Source: Rubripirellula sp. (lineage in GTDB: Bacteria; Planctomycetota; Planctomycetia; Pirellulales; Pirellulaceae). Taken from it: 64,000 nt of DNA. Each line of letters begins with the position of its first letter. Position 1 is the stretch's first letter. Under the pieces are notes generated by a model that was given only the letters and a program-made list of their open reading frames with translations, was not told the origin of the DNA and made no database searches. Positions 8,766 through 20,700 of the stretch are shown one piece after another. The stretch covers positions 5,312,001-5,376,000 of the forward strand of contig OZ244207.1 in the NCBI GenBank assembly GCA_965216875.1, read 5' to 3'. Position numbers and translations under genes: made by a program.

Positions 8766-11700
8766 CTACAGCGATGCGAACAGCTGATCGAGTGCAGACG
8801 TTTCGTCATCGTCACTCGCGTTGGCGGTATCTTCGGCAATTGCATCCACGACAGAATCGAGAGCTTGCACGGCCGGATGATCAAAGACGCTAACTTGATC
8901 CTCTTGCTCACCGTCGATGGTCGAAACCTCATCCTCGGGCTGATCGTTTTCAGCAAGAGCTTCGTTGATCAGCACATCGCCAACCACCGTTGCACTCGAG
9001 GCGAAGACTCCACCAGTCGCTTCAACGAACCCGGTAATCAGCTCCGGACTTGGGGTGCTCACGATGTTGTTGAGGCGTCCAAGTTCGGTGATGACCTGTG
9101 AAGCGTCGTTGATGGTCACCATGCTGTTGCCATCGACGTCGGGGAACGCTGGCAAGTTTGGTGGCAACGGCGGATCGGCAAGGTCGATGCCAAAGGCGTT
9201 CGGGTTACCGTTGTTTTGGAACCGCGTGATCGCATTGATGATCTGCAGTGCATCAATCGCCGAAACGAATCCACTGTTGTTCACGTCGTGACGCAAGTCG
9301 GGGTTCTGGAACGGGTTGTTGTTGATCACCAAACGCACGTCTTCGACTTCGCCGCTGGAAGCATCACCAACAGGACCAAGGTTTGCCTGTTCGCTCAATC
9401 GGAAGCGAGCGTAGACTTCGCCCAAAGCAGCGTCGTCAGGAACGTTCACGCCAATAAGAGCGCCGGTGTTGTCAAGCAATCCAAGTGAGTTGCCTCCTGG
9501 CAGTGCACGTGCGGCTGCCGAACCAAATCGTTGGACCTGTTCGAATTCACCGTCACCATTCCAGTCAAACCAAGCATCCAGATAGAAGACGCTACGAGCC
9601 AGATCGGTGTTGGTGATTCGGACGTCGAAGTTGGCCAAGAAACCTCGGTTCAAGGCATCGTGAGTGATGCCATCGCCATCGTCGCCATCTGGGATGATCG
9701 CGTCGGACTCTGGCGAGACGACACTGCCGATCGCGAAGGTCGAATCGACACGATGGCGTGGCCCACCGTCAAAGTCGGTGGTCACATAAGGTGCAGGTGC
9801 GTCACCATAGTCGAATCCGCCACCAATAAAGATGACCAACTCGGTACGGCCGTTGGGCTGGTTGCTTTGCAATTGGTTTCCGACTTCATCCGAAATCGTC
9901 ACCAACTCAACCGCTCCGACACCTGAGACGCCGCCAGTGCCTTCGACAAAGACGCGCGTGTCGACCACAGTGGTCAGCACACCTGGAAGGGCTGCGTCAT
10001 CGATCGATTGGGCAATTGCTCGTGCGACGAGGTCTGCCGACTCGTCGATGTTCACTGGAATCGCGACGGTCGGATCATCGCCGGGAACACCAATCTGAGT
10101 CAGCGTGCTGCCGGTCAGGTCCATGCTGTAGGTGATGTCGCCGCCGATAAAGACACGACCTTCGCCAACGTTTTCGGGGCTCAAGCCAAGTCCGGCTCCA
10201 CCCACGGCACGAACGATCGCGTCGGCAATGTCATCGAGTGTGGCATTGAATGGAATCCCCACGGCGACAGCGTTGTCGTTTTCGAGGAAGCCATCGACGT
10301 CGATTTCGAAGAGCACTTCTTGGATCGCACCGCGTCGAACGATGAAGGTATCACCGTCGTCAATCGATGCATCTGGGCGAGCACCATCGGCAGGGATTTG
10401 GATTCCGTATCCGATCGATGTTCCCACTTGACCTTCAATCGTGACGAACTGGTTGTTCGTTTCTGCAAAGGCCAGCGAATTAGTGCCTTGAAGCTGAACC
10501 ACATTTCCGGAAACGTTGACATCCAGATTCAACGCTGGGATGGAAGCGATGGCGTCGCGAACCGCCTGGGCGATTTCGTCAGCCGTGCCGATCTCGGGAA
10601 TCTCGATCGCGATGCGATCGGGGTCCGAATCGCCGGTGTTGTCGAGTTCGAACTCGACCAACGCCGCACCGTCAAAGATATCGAGCGTGATGCCGTCGGC
10701 GAACTGACCATTCAGGCTTTCGCTGAAGCTGATCGTCACGCCGGTATCGTATTCGAACGGCGTGCTCTCACCGGCTTGGTCAACAATGTTGACGCGAGTT
10801 GCATCGGTGTAGCTAACACCTTCGCTCGCTGCGATGATCGCATCTGTGTCATCGATCATGCGGATCAAGTAGGTCGAGTCGGTTTCCCAAACACCTGCGA
10901 TCGGCGTCAAGCGAATCACGTTAGTGCTTGGGTTGTAGCCGAATCGATAATCAATGCCCTCGACCAACGCGACGTTGTCTTTCAACAACAGGATCGAGCT
11001 ACTGAGGACGGTTTGGTCATCCAAGCCGGTGCCTGGCGTGACGTCAGCGGGTGCAATTCCGTCAATCAGTTGAATTTCGAAGAACGCGGGTGCGTCGCCA
11101 AAGACGCTCACCACACCGGCGTCCGTTCCAATGTTCGGAGCCATCGGCGACAGTAGTACCGCACGCGGTCCTTCCAAATCGCCGCGGTCCGAAGCCCCGC
11201 GATCCTTGAAGACTCGTTCACCGAGACCACTTGGCGTTTCAACGTTCGGATCGTCAACACGAAGCTGACCATTGACGTCGAGACGTGGTGCCAAGATCGG
11301 CGACGGAGGCAGTCCAAGTGGATTCTTGACCGTGGTCAAACTTGGGCGATCTTCCAACGAGTCGATCGAGCTGTCGATGATGCTTGCACCGGCTGATGGT
11401 GCGAAGACCAATTGGGCCGGAGCGGTGAAGACCGATTCCGAGTCTGCAAGAATCTGCGAGAACTCGCCAAGCGGCACACCCTGGGAAACATCGTTGGTGT
11501 TTCGGTAGTAGCTGTTACCACCAAGCACCAAGTTTGCGACATCGTTATTCGGATCGACTGCCAAACCCGTGTCGGAGTTGGCAATGACATTGTTCAACAA
11601 CGCAGGTGCTGCGTTGCCGTTAATCGTGATGGCGTTTCCGCCAGGCGTGAAGATGTCAACAGGAACGGTGCTGAGTGCACCGACTGCGTCAATATCGGCA

Positions 11701-14700
11701 CCGAGCGATGCTCCGGCGTTGCCACCTTGGCCAACGTCCGTCAGCCGGACAAAGGCGAAGCGATCTTGTTGGTCAAACCCAGCAGCATCGATATCCAACA
11801 GAGCGGTCAAGCCGCCGATGATACCGACTTCGAAGAACGACAAGCCGTCACGGCTAACTTCAACTCGCACCGATTCGACGGCACCGGTTTCGAAGATCGC
11901 CAAGTCAGGCCGGGCGTCGCCGCTGCCGGTCAACAAGTTATCGGTGAACTGAACCGTAATCGATCCGCGAATACCAAGCGAAACTTCGGTGGTTCCATCA
12001 ATGGGCTCGGGCCCACGTCCCACACCATCGGGTGCTCCCAGCGCCGAGTCAGGCGTTTGATGCACAAGCGTCGGTGCCGCCCCGCCTGCGTCTGGCAGGT
12101 AGGAGGCGATCGCGTCAGCGAATGACAACTGACCATGCTCGAACAAGATTCCTTCGAACGTTGCTGCTGGGCTTGTGGTACCCGGCTGGACGCTGCCACC
12201 GATGAAGGTGTTGTTGACGATCCGCTCGAATGGAACAGGGTCGTTACCCGATTCTTGGAGGTTCGGATCGAAACCGGACACCTGCAGGCCACCGGTGCCG
12301 TTGAAGGAGAAGACGTTGCTTTGCACGACAACGCCTGGCTTCAAGCTCTCGGTGTTCAGTTCAACAAGGTTGCGAGCGTATCGCACGGCCGAAGGTGTGG
12401 TGACACCATCAACCACCGCGTTTACATCGTGTGAAATGTCGAGACCGAAGTTCTCGTTGAACAAGAACCGGCTGTTTTCAACCAGGATAATGCCTTGGCT
12501 TTCGCGTTCGCGGTTATCGTCCCCGCGAAGCGAATTGCGTTGGACGTCCGCAAGGGCATCCGTCGCATCTTCGATCAAGACATCCGCAAACAAGTTGATG
12601 GTCGCGTCAGTCGATCCGTCCACGCCGCTGCGTCGCAGTGCAGGAACTTCGATCACCAACTGGACATCTTCGCGGTTGATCGAGTCCACGATGGTCTGAG
12701 CAACTTCAGGTGCCGTTTGCGGTCGAATCGTTCCCGATCCTGGCACAATCTCGCCGGTGATCGGATCGATTTGTTCGCTACCGGGCTCGAGAGCCTGCAG
12801 CGTGAATGGAATCCGGACGTTTCCTGGGGTCACACCCGTTCCCGATTCAACCAAGTCGAACTCGAACGTCACCGTTGAGCGACCGTCATTGATCGAGAAG
12901 GTTTGGCCGTCACGAATCTGATCCGCCGAACGAGCAACGATCGTTCGCGATTCGGTCATTCGCTCGTTGGTATCAAACGTGCGGAATGGCGTGTTCGCAA
13001 GTGAGTCGATGTACTCACTACCGTCACGAATCTCGACCTGATAAGCACCGGTCAACAGGTTGCTGGTCGGATCCGCAGGCACTGGGAACTGTGGACTCAA
13101 ATCGGTGGTGAACGGTTGGTCAACCACGTTCGAGTCGGTCGCGATTTCACCACGCTCGGCAAAGCCGATGATGAAGTCGTCGAGGTAGATCCCTTCAAAG
13201 TTGTTGTCGGCAACACCCGAAAGCGGGCCGCCACCGAACAATTCACCATAGCGGTCGGCTTCGTTTGCAAACGGTCCGGAATCGTCCAATTGCAAGCCTG
13301 GCAGTCGGATCGAAGATCCACTGGTTGGAATCTTCTCCAGCACACCGCCCGTAAAGCGAGTCGCAATGACGTGTTGGGCCTGGGCAGCAACTTCATCGGC
13401 AGTCATGAAGCGACTGACGCGAATCGGCAGCCCTTCAATGTTGCCTTGAGCCGAGGTGCTGAACAGGTTCGAAGGCGTCGCGACAATCTGGGTCAACCCG
13501 CTGACTTCAACGATGTTGCTATCCGACATCACGCTGACAGGCTGGTTGATTGCGATCGACGCGGTGTAGCTATCGGTTTGGCCGATCACTGCCGAACCAG
13601 GAACGCGAGGATCATAATTGTCGTTCAACGTGCCGCTGATACCGATGAAGATCGGGCCATCAACGGTCGCGGTGTATTGCAACATTCCAGTGGTGATATT
13701 GACGACTGGATTCACTTCATCGCCAAGAGCGTCGAAGAAGCGAATCACAGGTTCCAACGCACCGACGTTGTCGAACGTTGCGTTGATACCCACTGTCGTG
13801 CCACGAGCAACATTGACTCGCAACAGGTCGACATCATCCAAGTTGGTCTGTACACCAAACTCGTCGATCGATCCGACACGACCACTGCCGTTGATCGTCA
13901 GGTTACCGGTGCCGTCGTACGGCAACTCAGTTGCTTCGAAGATCAAATCGTTGCGTTGATCCAAGCCGTTGGGGTCATCCGAAGGATCGGAGAAGCTGAC
14001 ACCCGAGATGGTCGGATTGGTTGGCGGGTTCAATCGCACCGCTTCTGCCAACGAAACGGCGACCTGGTCAGCGGTCAAATCACTGAGAGTGATTCCGATA
14101 CCCACATTGGCCAGCAGGTCGATCTCGACATGTCCCGGTGGGATCTGGCGTGTGCCGTCGTTGAAGGTATAGGCTTGGCCATCGATATTGATCGTTGCCA
14201 GGGCGTTAGGATCTTGGAACAGCTGATCAAGTTCGACACCTGATGGCACAGTAACCGTCGGTGCCAAGTCGATCGTGAACGCCTCGCCGTTGATCACCAA
14301 CTGCTCGCCTTCAACCAACAGATCGCCTGGAAGAGCACGAACTGAATCAGACGAACTGTTTGTCGAACCACCGGTCGAGTACTCGACGCGAATCATCAGG
14401 CCTTCTTCGCCTGCGAATTCGTCAAGTGGAATGCGAGCTTGACGCCACGAACCGGTGTTGTCGAACAACTGTTGCACGTCGACATCGATTTCGTCGTTGT
14501 ACACGCCCGCTTGTGCTGGATCATCAAACTCGTCGTCCGAGTCGGTGATTCCGCGTCGGGTTGTATTGGAGGCAACCAGATGCTCGACGCCGTTTTCGGT
14601 GATGACGTAAACACGTAACCGGTCGTTGTCACCGTCGTTTTCGGCAAAGTAGTTGAAGTACATCGTTGGTTGGTCGTCGGAACCGAAACCAACAAGGCTG

Positions 14701-17700
14701 AATGGGTTACTTTGAACAACACCCTTGGAACCACCAGGATTGTTGAACGTGTCTTCGACACCCTGACCATCGACACGTGGCGAGAACGTCGGACGCTCGA
14801 CAACCGATGGGTAGTTGCCGTTGAAGGCACTGGCCTCGTAGCTAAAGGCAAGGCTGTTGCCACCCTCTGACCCGGGACGAGCACCATGGTGCAATGCGTT
14901 GATGCCGTGGCCTGGATCCGCACCACGCTGGCCGGTCACGTGCCACAGGTTGAAGTCCATCGTGCTGAAGTCCAAACCTTGGGCTCCAGCGATTCCTGTG
15001 GAAATAACGGAACGATTGCCGGCGAAGACAGGCTGAAGTTCACCACGTGTGTTGAACGCATAGATGTCGCCGTTGCCGGTGATACCGAACAGCAGGTTCT
15101 GGAGCGAACCGTCTTCAACACTCACTGGACCGGCTCGCAAACCGGTGAAGTTGATGCCGACCAAGTCGGTTGCCGTACGAACGTACTGGCCAACTTGACG
15201 GTTGCCATTGCTATCGAGTTCCGATGCGTTGACAACAAACATGCCACCACGGTTGGTGACTGCGTAAAGCTGGCTGTTGATCAGCTCGATACCGGTCACA
15301 ATCGGAATGTCACCATTGCCAATGTTTGGCGAAACACCACCCGCAACCAGGTTACCGGTCGCTTGAGAAATGATGCCGTTGGTGATTCGCAATGAATGCC
15401 CATCAGGGATCGCGGCGACATCAGGCAAGTTGCCCGCATCATCTTCCGCTTGAACCGCAGTCGTGATGCGTTGCGCGATGATGTCGACGGTGTCCGTTGG
15501 CAGCAACAGGATCGGCACATTGCTGCCCGTGACTCCTGGCGTACCGCTCAATGTCAGTGGCGCGATATCCGGATCGGTGACAGGGTCTGGTGAAACCCGA
15601 ACCGAGGATGCGGTTGGCAAGGCAAGCTGAGTTCCCTTAGCCGAAACGGGGATGCCAGCGCCACGCATTGCCGCAGCCAATCGGGCGATCAGCAGCTCAG
15701 GTGCGATGTCTTCGCTGACATCAATTCCAATCGCTCCTGCGTTCAGCAACGTGTTATCACCTTCGATGGTGACGCCAGCTCCAGCAGACGTTGTGAGCTG
15801 GGCAGGTCGAGCACCAGTGAAGAAGACTTCGTTGACGTTGGAAATCGCGTCCAACCCAAACAGGTTGGCATTGATCGCGGCTGCAAGATTTGCGGCGATT
15901 TGATCGGAAGGAATCGCTTGGCCATCAGGCAGAACGGTCGCAATTGCAATGTTGCCTGTGGTCGCTGGGTCAAGCCGCACGAACTCGAAGGTTGCGGTTT
16001 GGCCGTCAACACCTTCAATGGTCAGTCGGTCGCCCTGGTTCAGTGCTCCCAGCGGAGCGGCTTCGTCGACGACGAGTCGTTCGCCCGTATTGAACTCGAA
16101 TGGCACTTCGCCACTTCCGAGGTTCACAAAGACGGCATCACCGTCTCGAACGGGGTTCGCACCATCGGCGAGGAGCGTGAAACCTTGGTCGAATTCAAAG
16201 GTGACCGTTTCGCTGAGGTTGGTCAGGGTGAATCGGTCCCCATCAACGAGGCTTGGCACAGCGATGCCAGCTGCGTTGATCACCGTCGCATCCGTGATCC
16301 CCAGCTGAGTTGCCGTTCCGACCTGCGGAGCAACGGTGTTGATCTGGCCGACTTCACGGCGCGAAGTACCAGCACCTGGGAACTGCTCATCCAAGTCGTA
16401 GACTGGGCCAGTCGACAATCCAGTCGCATCGTCGAAGTCATACAGGACGTTGCGAATGTACTCGAGTGCTCCGAAGTTACCGAAGCGTTCGAACGGACGA
16501 CTTCCGATGAAGAAACCAACTTCGTCCGATTGTTGCAGCGGGTTGGTGAACTCGCGAATCGCAATTCCTTCGACGATGAACCCGTCGTCACTGTTGGCCT
16601 CAAGGATCAGGTCACCAACCAGGTCATGATGAGTCGTCATACCGGCGCCAACGCTGATCGGTGCACCGGCACTGCCGTCTTCAGTACTGATCTGTCGGTA
16701 GAACCAGTTTGCGTCGCCTGGAATGCCGTTTTGGTAGCCCGAGTAGGCGAACAGTTCACCATTCGCACGGAACGCGATGTCTCGGATGAGCTCGCCGCCA
16801 GAGAGGCCAAAGTTGCCGACGGTGCCGTAGGTCTGGCCGGTAAACGGATTGACCAACAAGAGTCCGTTGGCAGTATTGACGTACAGCAACGTGTCGTCGA
16901 ACGAGTACTCGATAATCGAATCGCCGTCGAACAGAACAGGCGTTGTTGGCCCCGTCGCCGTGCCTCCGCCAGTGCTGCCGATACGATCTTCCGCAATTCG
17001 CTGGACCGAGTCGATCGGCTCAAGGCGAAGCAGCGGATTGGCACTGTTTGGATTGAAGAATTGGTCCAATGGCAGTGGCACTTGCGATTGGTTCGCGACG
17101 GCGACGAAGTAAGTACCTTCGGCAAGCTCGGTCGCACCAATGTACGGGTCTTCGGTTCCGGCGCTACCGCGGCTCAAGTCAGCGGTATCGTTGCCATCGG
17201 TAATGCCTGGCAAGTCATCAGCAACGTTGCTGTCACCACCAACAAGGATGAGTTCGCCAGCAGCATTGAAGACGTACAACGCCATGTCGCTGCGAGCGAA
17301 GTTGCTGGCGTAATCGAGGTCGAAGACCGTCGACAGGTGCAGAGCGGCTGCATCACGTGTCAGGTTTTCGTAGGTCACTTCGAAGCGATACCAGTCGACA
17401 TCGGTTGCCGAGCTGATTTCGCCAGCAAACGCCTTGGACAAGCGATCACTTTGCAGTGGGCCGGCTTCCGAAACGGTCGCGTCTTCGCCAACGGAGAAGT
17501 ATCCAAGCGGTTGTGCGTTGGCCAAGCTGTCGTTGTCGGCCGAAGTCTCGTGCTCGTCACCCAACAAAGGCGAGTGGAAGGGTTGCCCGATGATCTGCAA
17601 ACCATTGGTTGCATAGCGAATGTCCGACAGACGGACTTGAGTACCTGGCGATTCGTCAGCTTCTTGCAAGCGAATCTGCAGTTCATAGCGACCTCGCGAC

Positions 17701-20700
17701 AAACCGTCTTGCAAACGATCGGGGTCGTTAAGCGTGGCAAAGTCGAGTGGGTCCTGCGTGTTGGCACTGCGGACACGGACGTGGTAGAGGTTGCGTGTTC
17801 CCGCTTCGCCTGGAAGCTGGATTCGCATCCCCGCATCTTTCGGATTGGTCGAGAACTCGTCCTGAATCTGAGCACCGGTCAAGGTTTGAGCAGTGCTTGC
17901 ATCCACAACCGCACCGAGAACGGCGCTGGTGTCGACGTTGACCGTCGGGGCACTTCGACCAACGAAGCGGTCTTCGTCAAACCGAAGACGAATCACAAAA
18001 TCTTCGCCATCGCGAACGATCACGTTCGGATCGTTGGCATCGACTTGGCGTGGCGTACGACGGAGCAACGTCGCCTCGACAACACCAAGATCAGCGCCGT
18101 AGTTCAGATTCAACGCATTGGCGATCGCCTCCGCGGGATTGGCCAAGAAGGTATCGACTGGCACCGCGATCGCGTCGTTCGCACCTGGGATCGAAACGGC
18201 AAGTTCGCCTGTTGCTTCTACGATCGACTCGCTGACGGTGATGTCTTGAACGGGGAGTCGCTCTGGCACGACCGACAGCGGGCGTGCTGCTTCAGGGTTG
18301 ATTCCCGTATTGATAAACAACGCGTTGGGATCGGTTTCCGCCAAGATCGAATCGTTCGACGATGCCAAGACACGTCCGTTGGCGTCGATCAACTCGACGA
18401 CCGTATCGAGACTGTTGCTTGTTCGGTCGATGTCCAACCAAACTTCGGTGTTACTTTCGCCAATGAAGGAGTAGACGTCGATGTCGTTGCGTTGCGTCAG
18501 AGCACCATCAACGATGAAGCCGAGTCGGCGGTTCTCGTCGCCGGAAGCCAAGTCGGGTGCGATTTCACCCAAGAATTGAGACTGGCTTGGAATCGAGTTG
18601 GTGTTGAAGACGGATGTGCGAACTGGTTCTTGCTCAGGAATGGCCGCAACATTGCGATCATCCGCTGCTTCGCGAACCACGACGCCGTTCCACAACCCGG
18701 GCTCGATGGCGTTGAATCCAGCGCGATCGATCACCTCGGGGTCAGCCGGGATCAATTCCAGGAAACTGGTGATGGTCGCAGCATTAGCCGTCGAAAGCGT
18801 GTCCCATGCGAACGCAGTGGTCACATCGTTCGGCCCAAACTGCAGTGGGTTGTTCGGATCGGGTGGAAGATCGCCAAGGTCGATGGTGCCGGGAACGGTA
18901 AACGGAGCACCGCCACCAATGATCGCTTGTTCGAGATCATTGAATTGGTCCGCCGACCAACCAGCGTAAGTCGCATTGATCAGATTGGCGCCGTCTTCGA
19001 CGTAGAAACCACCATGCGAGAAACCGACACGACGGACGCTATCGATCGTCAGGGCACGGAAATCGGCTTGGCCAGGAGTGCCTTCGACGATCAAAACATC
19101 GTCCGAGGGGCCTTCAACATCCTCATCCAAGTAGCTGATGACACGAACATCACCGAGTTCGGCACCAACATCTGCGAACAACTCAAGTCCCGTAAACAAG
19201 ACAGGGACACCATCAAGGAATTGCGAGGTCGCAACCCAAGTGACCGTACCGTTGGGTCCAACAAACGTCCCGCGGCTTTCGACCACATCGTCTGCGATCA
19301 AGGTCGCAGGTTGAGTGATCGTGCTCGCCGACAAGTTGATCACCGCGCCGTTGGTTTCGATGTAGGTTCGGTAGGCGAAGATGTAGTTTTGATTGATGAG
19401 CAATTGGCCAAGCGTCAAATCTTCGACAGTCACGCCACTTGCGAGGATCTCGTTACCGTCGCCAGGTGTTGCTTCGAAGTAGCCTGGTTCAACGGTGCTG
19501 ACATCGTTGTCGATGATATTGCCACGATTGATTTCATTACCGGCCGGCAGGACGGGGAAGCTCGGTCCGCCAACGCCGATCGAACCACCAGGCGATGCAT
19601 TCAACCGTTGCTCGGACAGAGCACCCGCGATCACACCGTCATTGTTGGTATCGACCTGCGGGAGTCCTTCGCGAGTGAATCCGGCACCGGCGAAGTCGTC
19701 GGCCAAGGTCGTCAATACGACCGGGAAGTCAGGATGTCCAGCCAACTGGAGCGAACCACCGATTCGATCGGGGATATCACGCAGTTGATCCGCTGCGGTG
19801 GCTAAAGAACCACCGACAACGATGCCTGCGGTATCGCCATTGGTGTCTTCAAATTTCACAACCAGGCTACCGCGAGCGTCACTTTGCAATCGCAAGCCAC
19901 CAAAGATGTGTTTGTTTGGCACTTCGATCGTGTCGCGAACCACGTGAACGATGTTCACGTCGTCCCAAACACCTTCGGTCGCCAACTCACCACCACGAAC
20001 TTCAAGGCCATTGATGGAGTTGTTCGTCAGTGAGTTATCTTCGATCAGTGGACCGCTGTTTCCGATCACGTCGACGGCGTCAAGGCGACCAGTGGCGCGA
20101 CCGTAGTCCGAAACATCAAGAGCATTCAGCGAGTTGATGTCGAACGTCATCGCAGGTCCATCACCGTCAGCGAAATCGTTGCCGACAATGATTGGCTGGG
20201 AAGCTCGCGCGAACAGCGTACCAGTCGCGTTGTCACCACGACCAACGCGGGTGCCGTTAGGATCAACTCGACCGTCCGCGTTCTGGTCGAACGTCGTGTT
20301 GGCAAGACGCAGGTCGGCCTGGTGAACTTCCAAAGCGTTGAAGGAGGCAAACCCACCTTCGATACGCGTGGTACCACCACCACCGGCGATCACGGCATTG
20401 TCGATGCTTGCCGACGAACCATGACCGATGTAGATACCGCCCCAGTCACCTGGAGTCAGTTGACCCGATTGGCCACGTCCATTGGTGTCGAAGGTTCCAC
20501 CGCCACCATAGCGTTGGTCATCCAAGCTGGTGAAGATGATTGGACGTCCAGGTGCACCTTCGGCGATCAGCGTGGCACCAAAACGGGCTTCGATGCGCGA
20601 GCCCTTCAATTTGACGACCGTACCTGGGTCGATCGACAACCGTCCATCCAAGCGACTTCGCAGGACGACGTCATCGTCGGACAGCGCCAATGTACCTTCA

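Noticed and set aside
15900..19805. 1,301 aa plus-strand ORF and many other long antisense ORFs over the surface genes, mnmG and the ABC ATPase
   Set aside because: These are shadow frames of strongly biased coding sequence on the opposite strand. They are Arg/Val-rich with no recognisable motifs.
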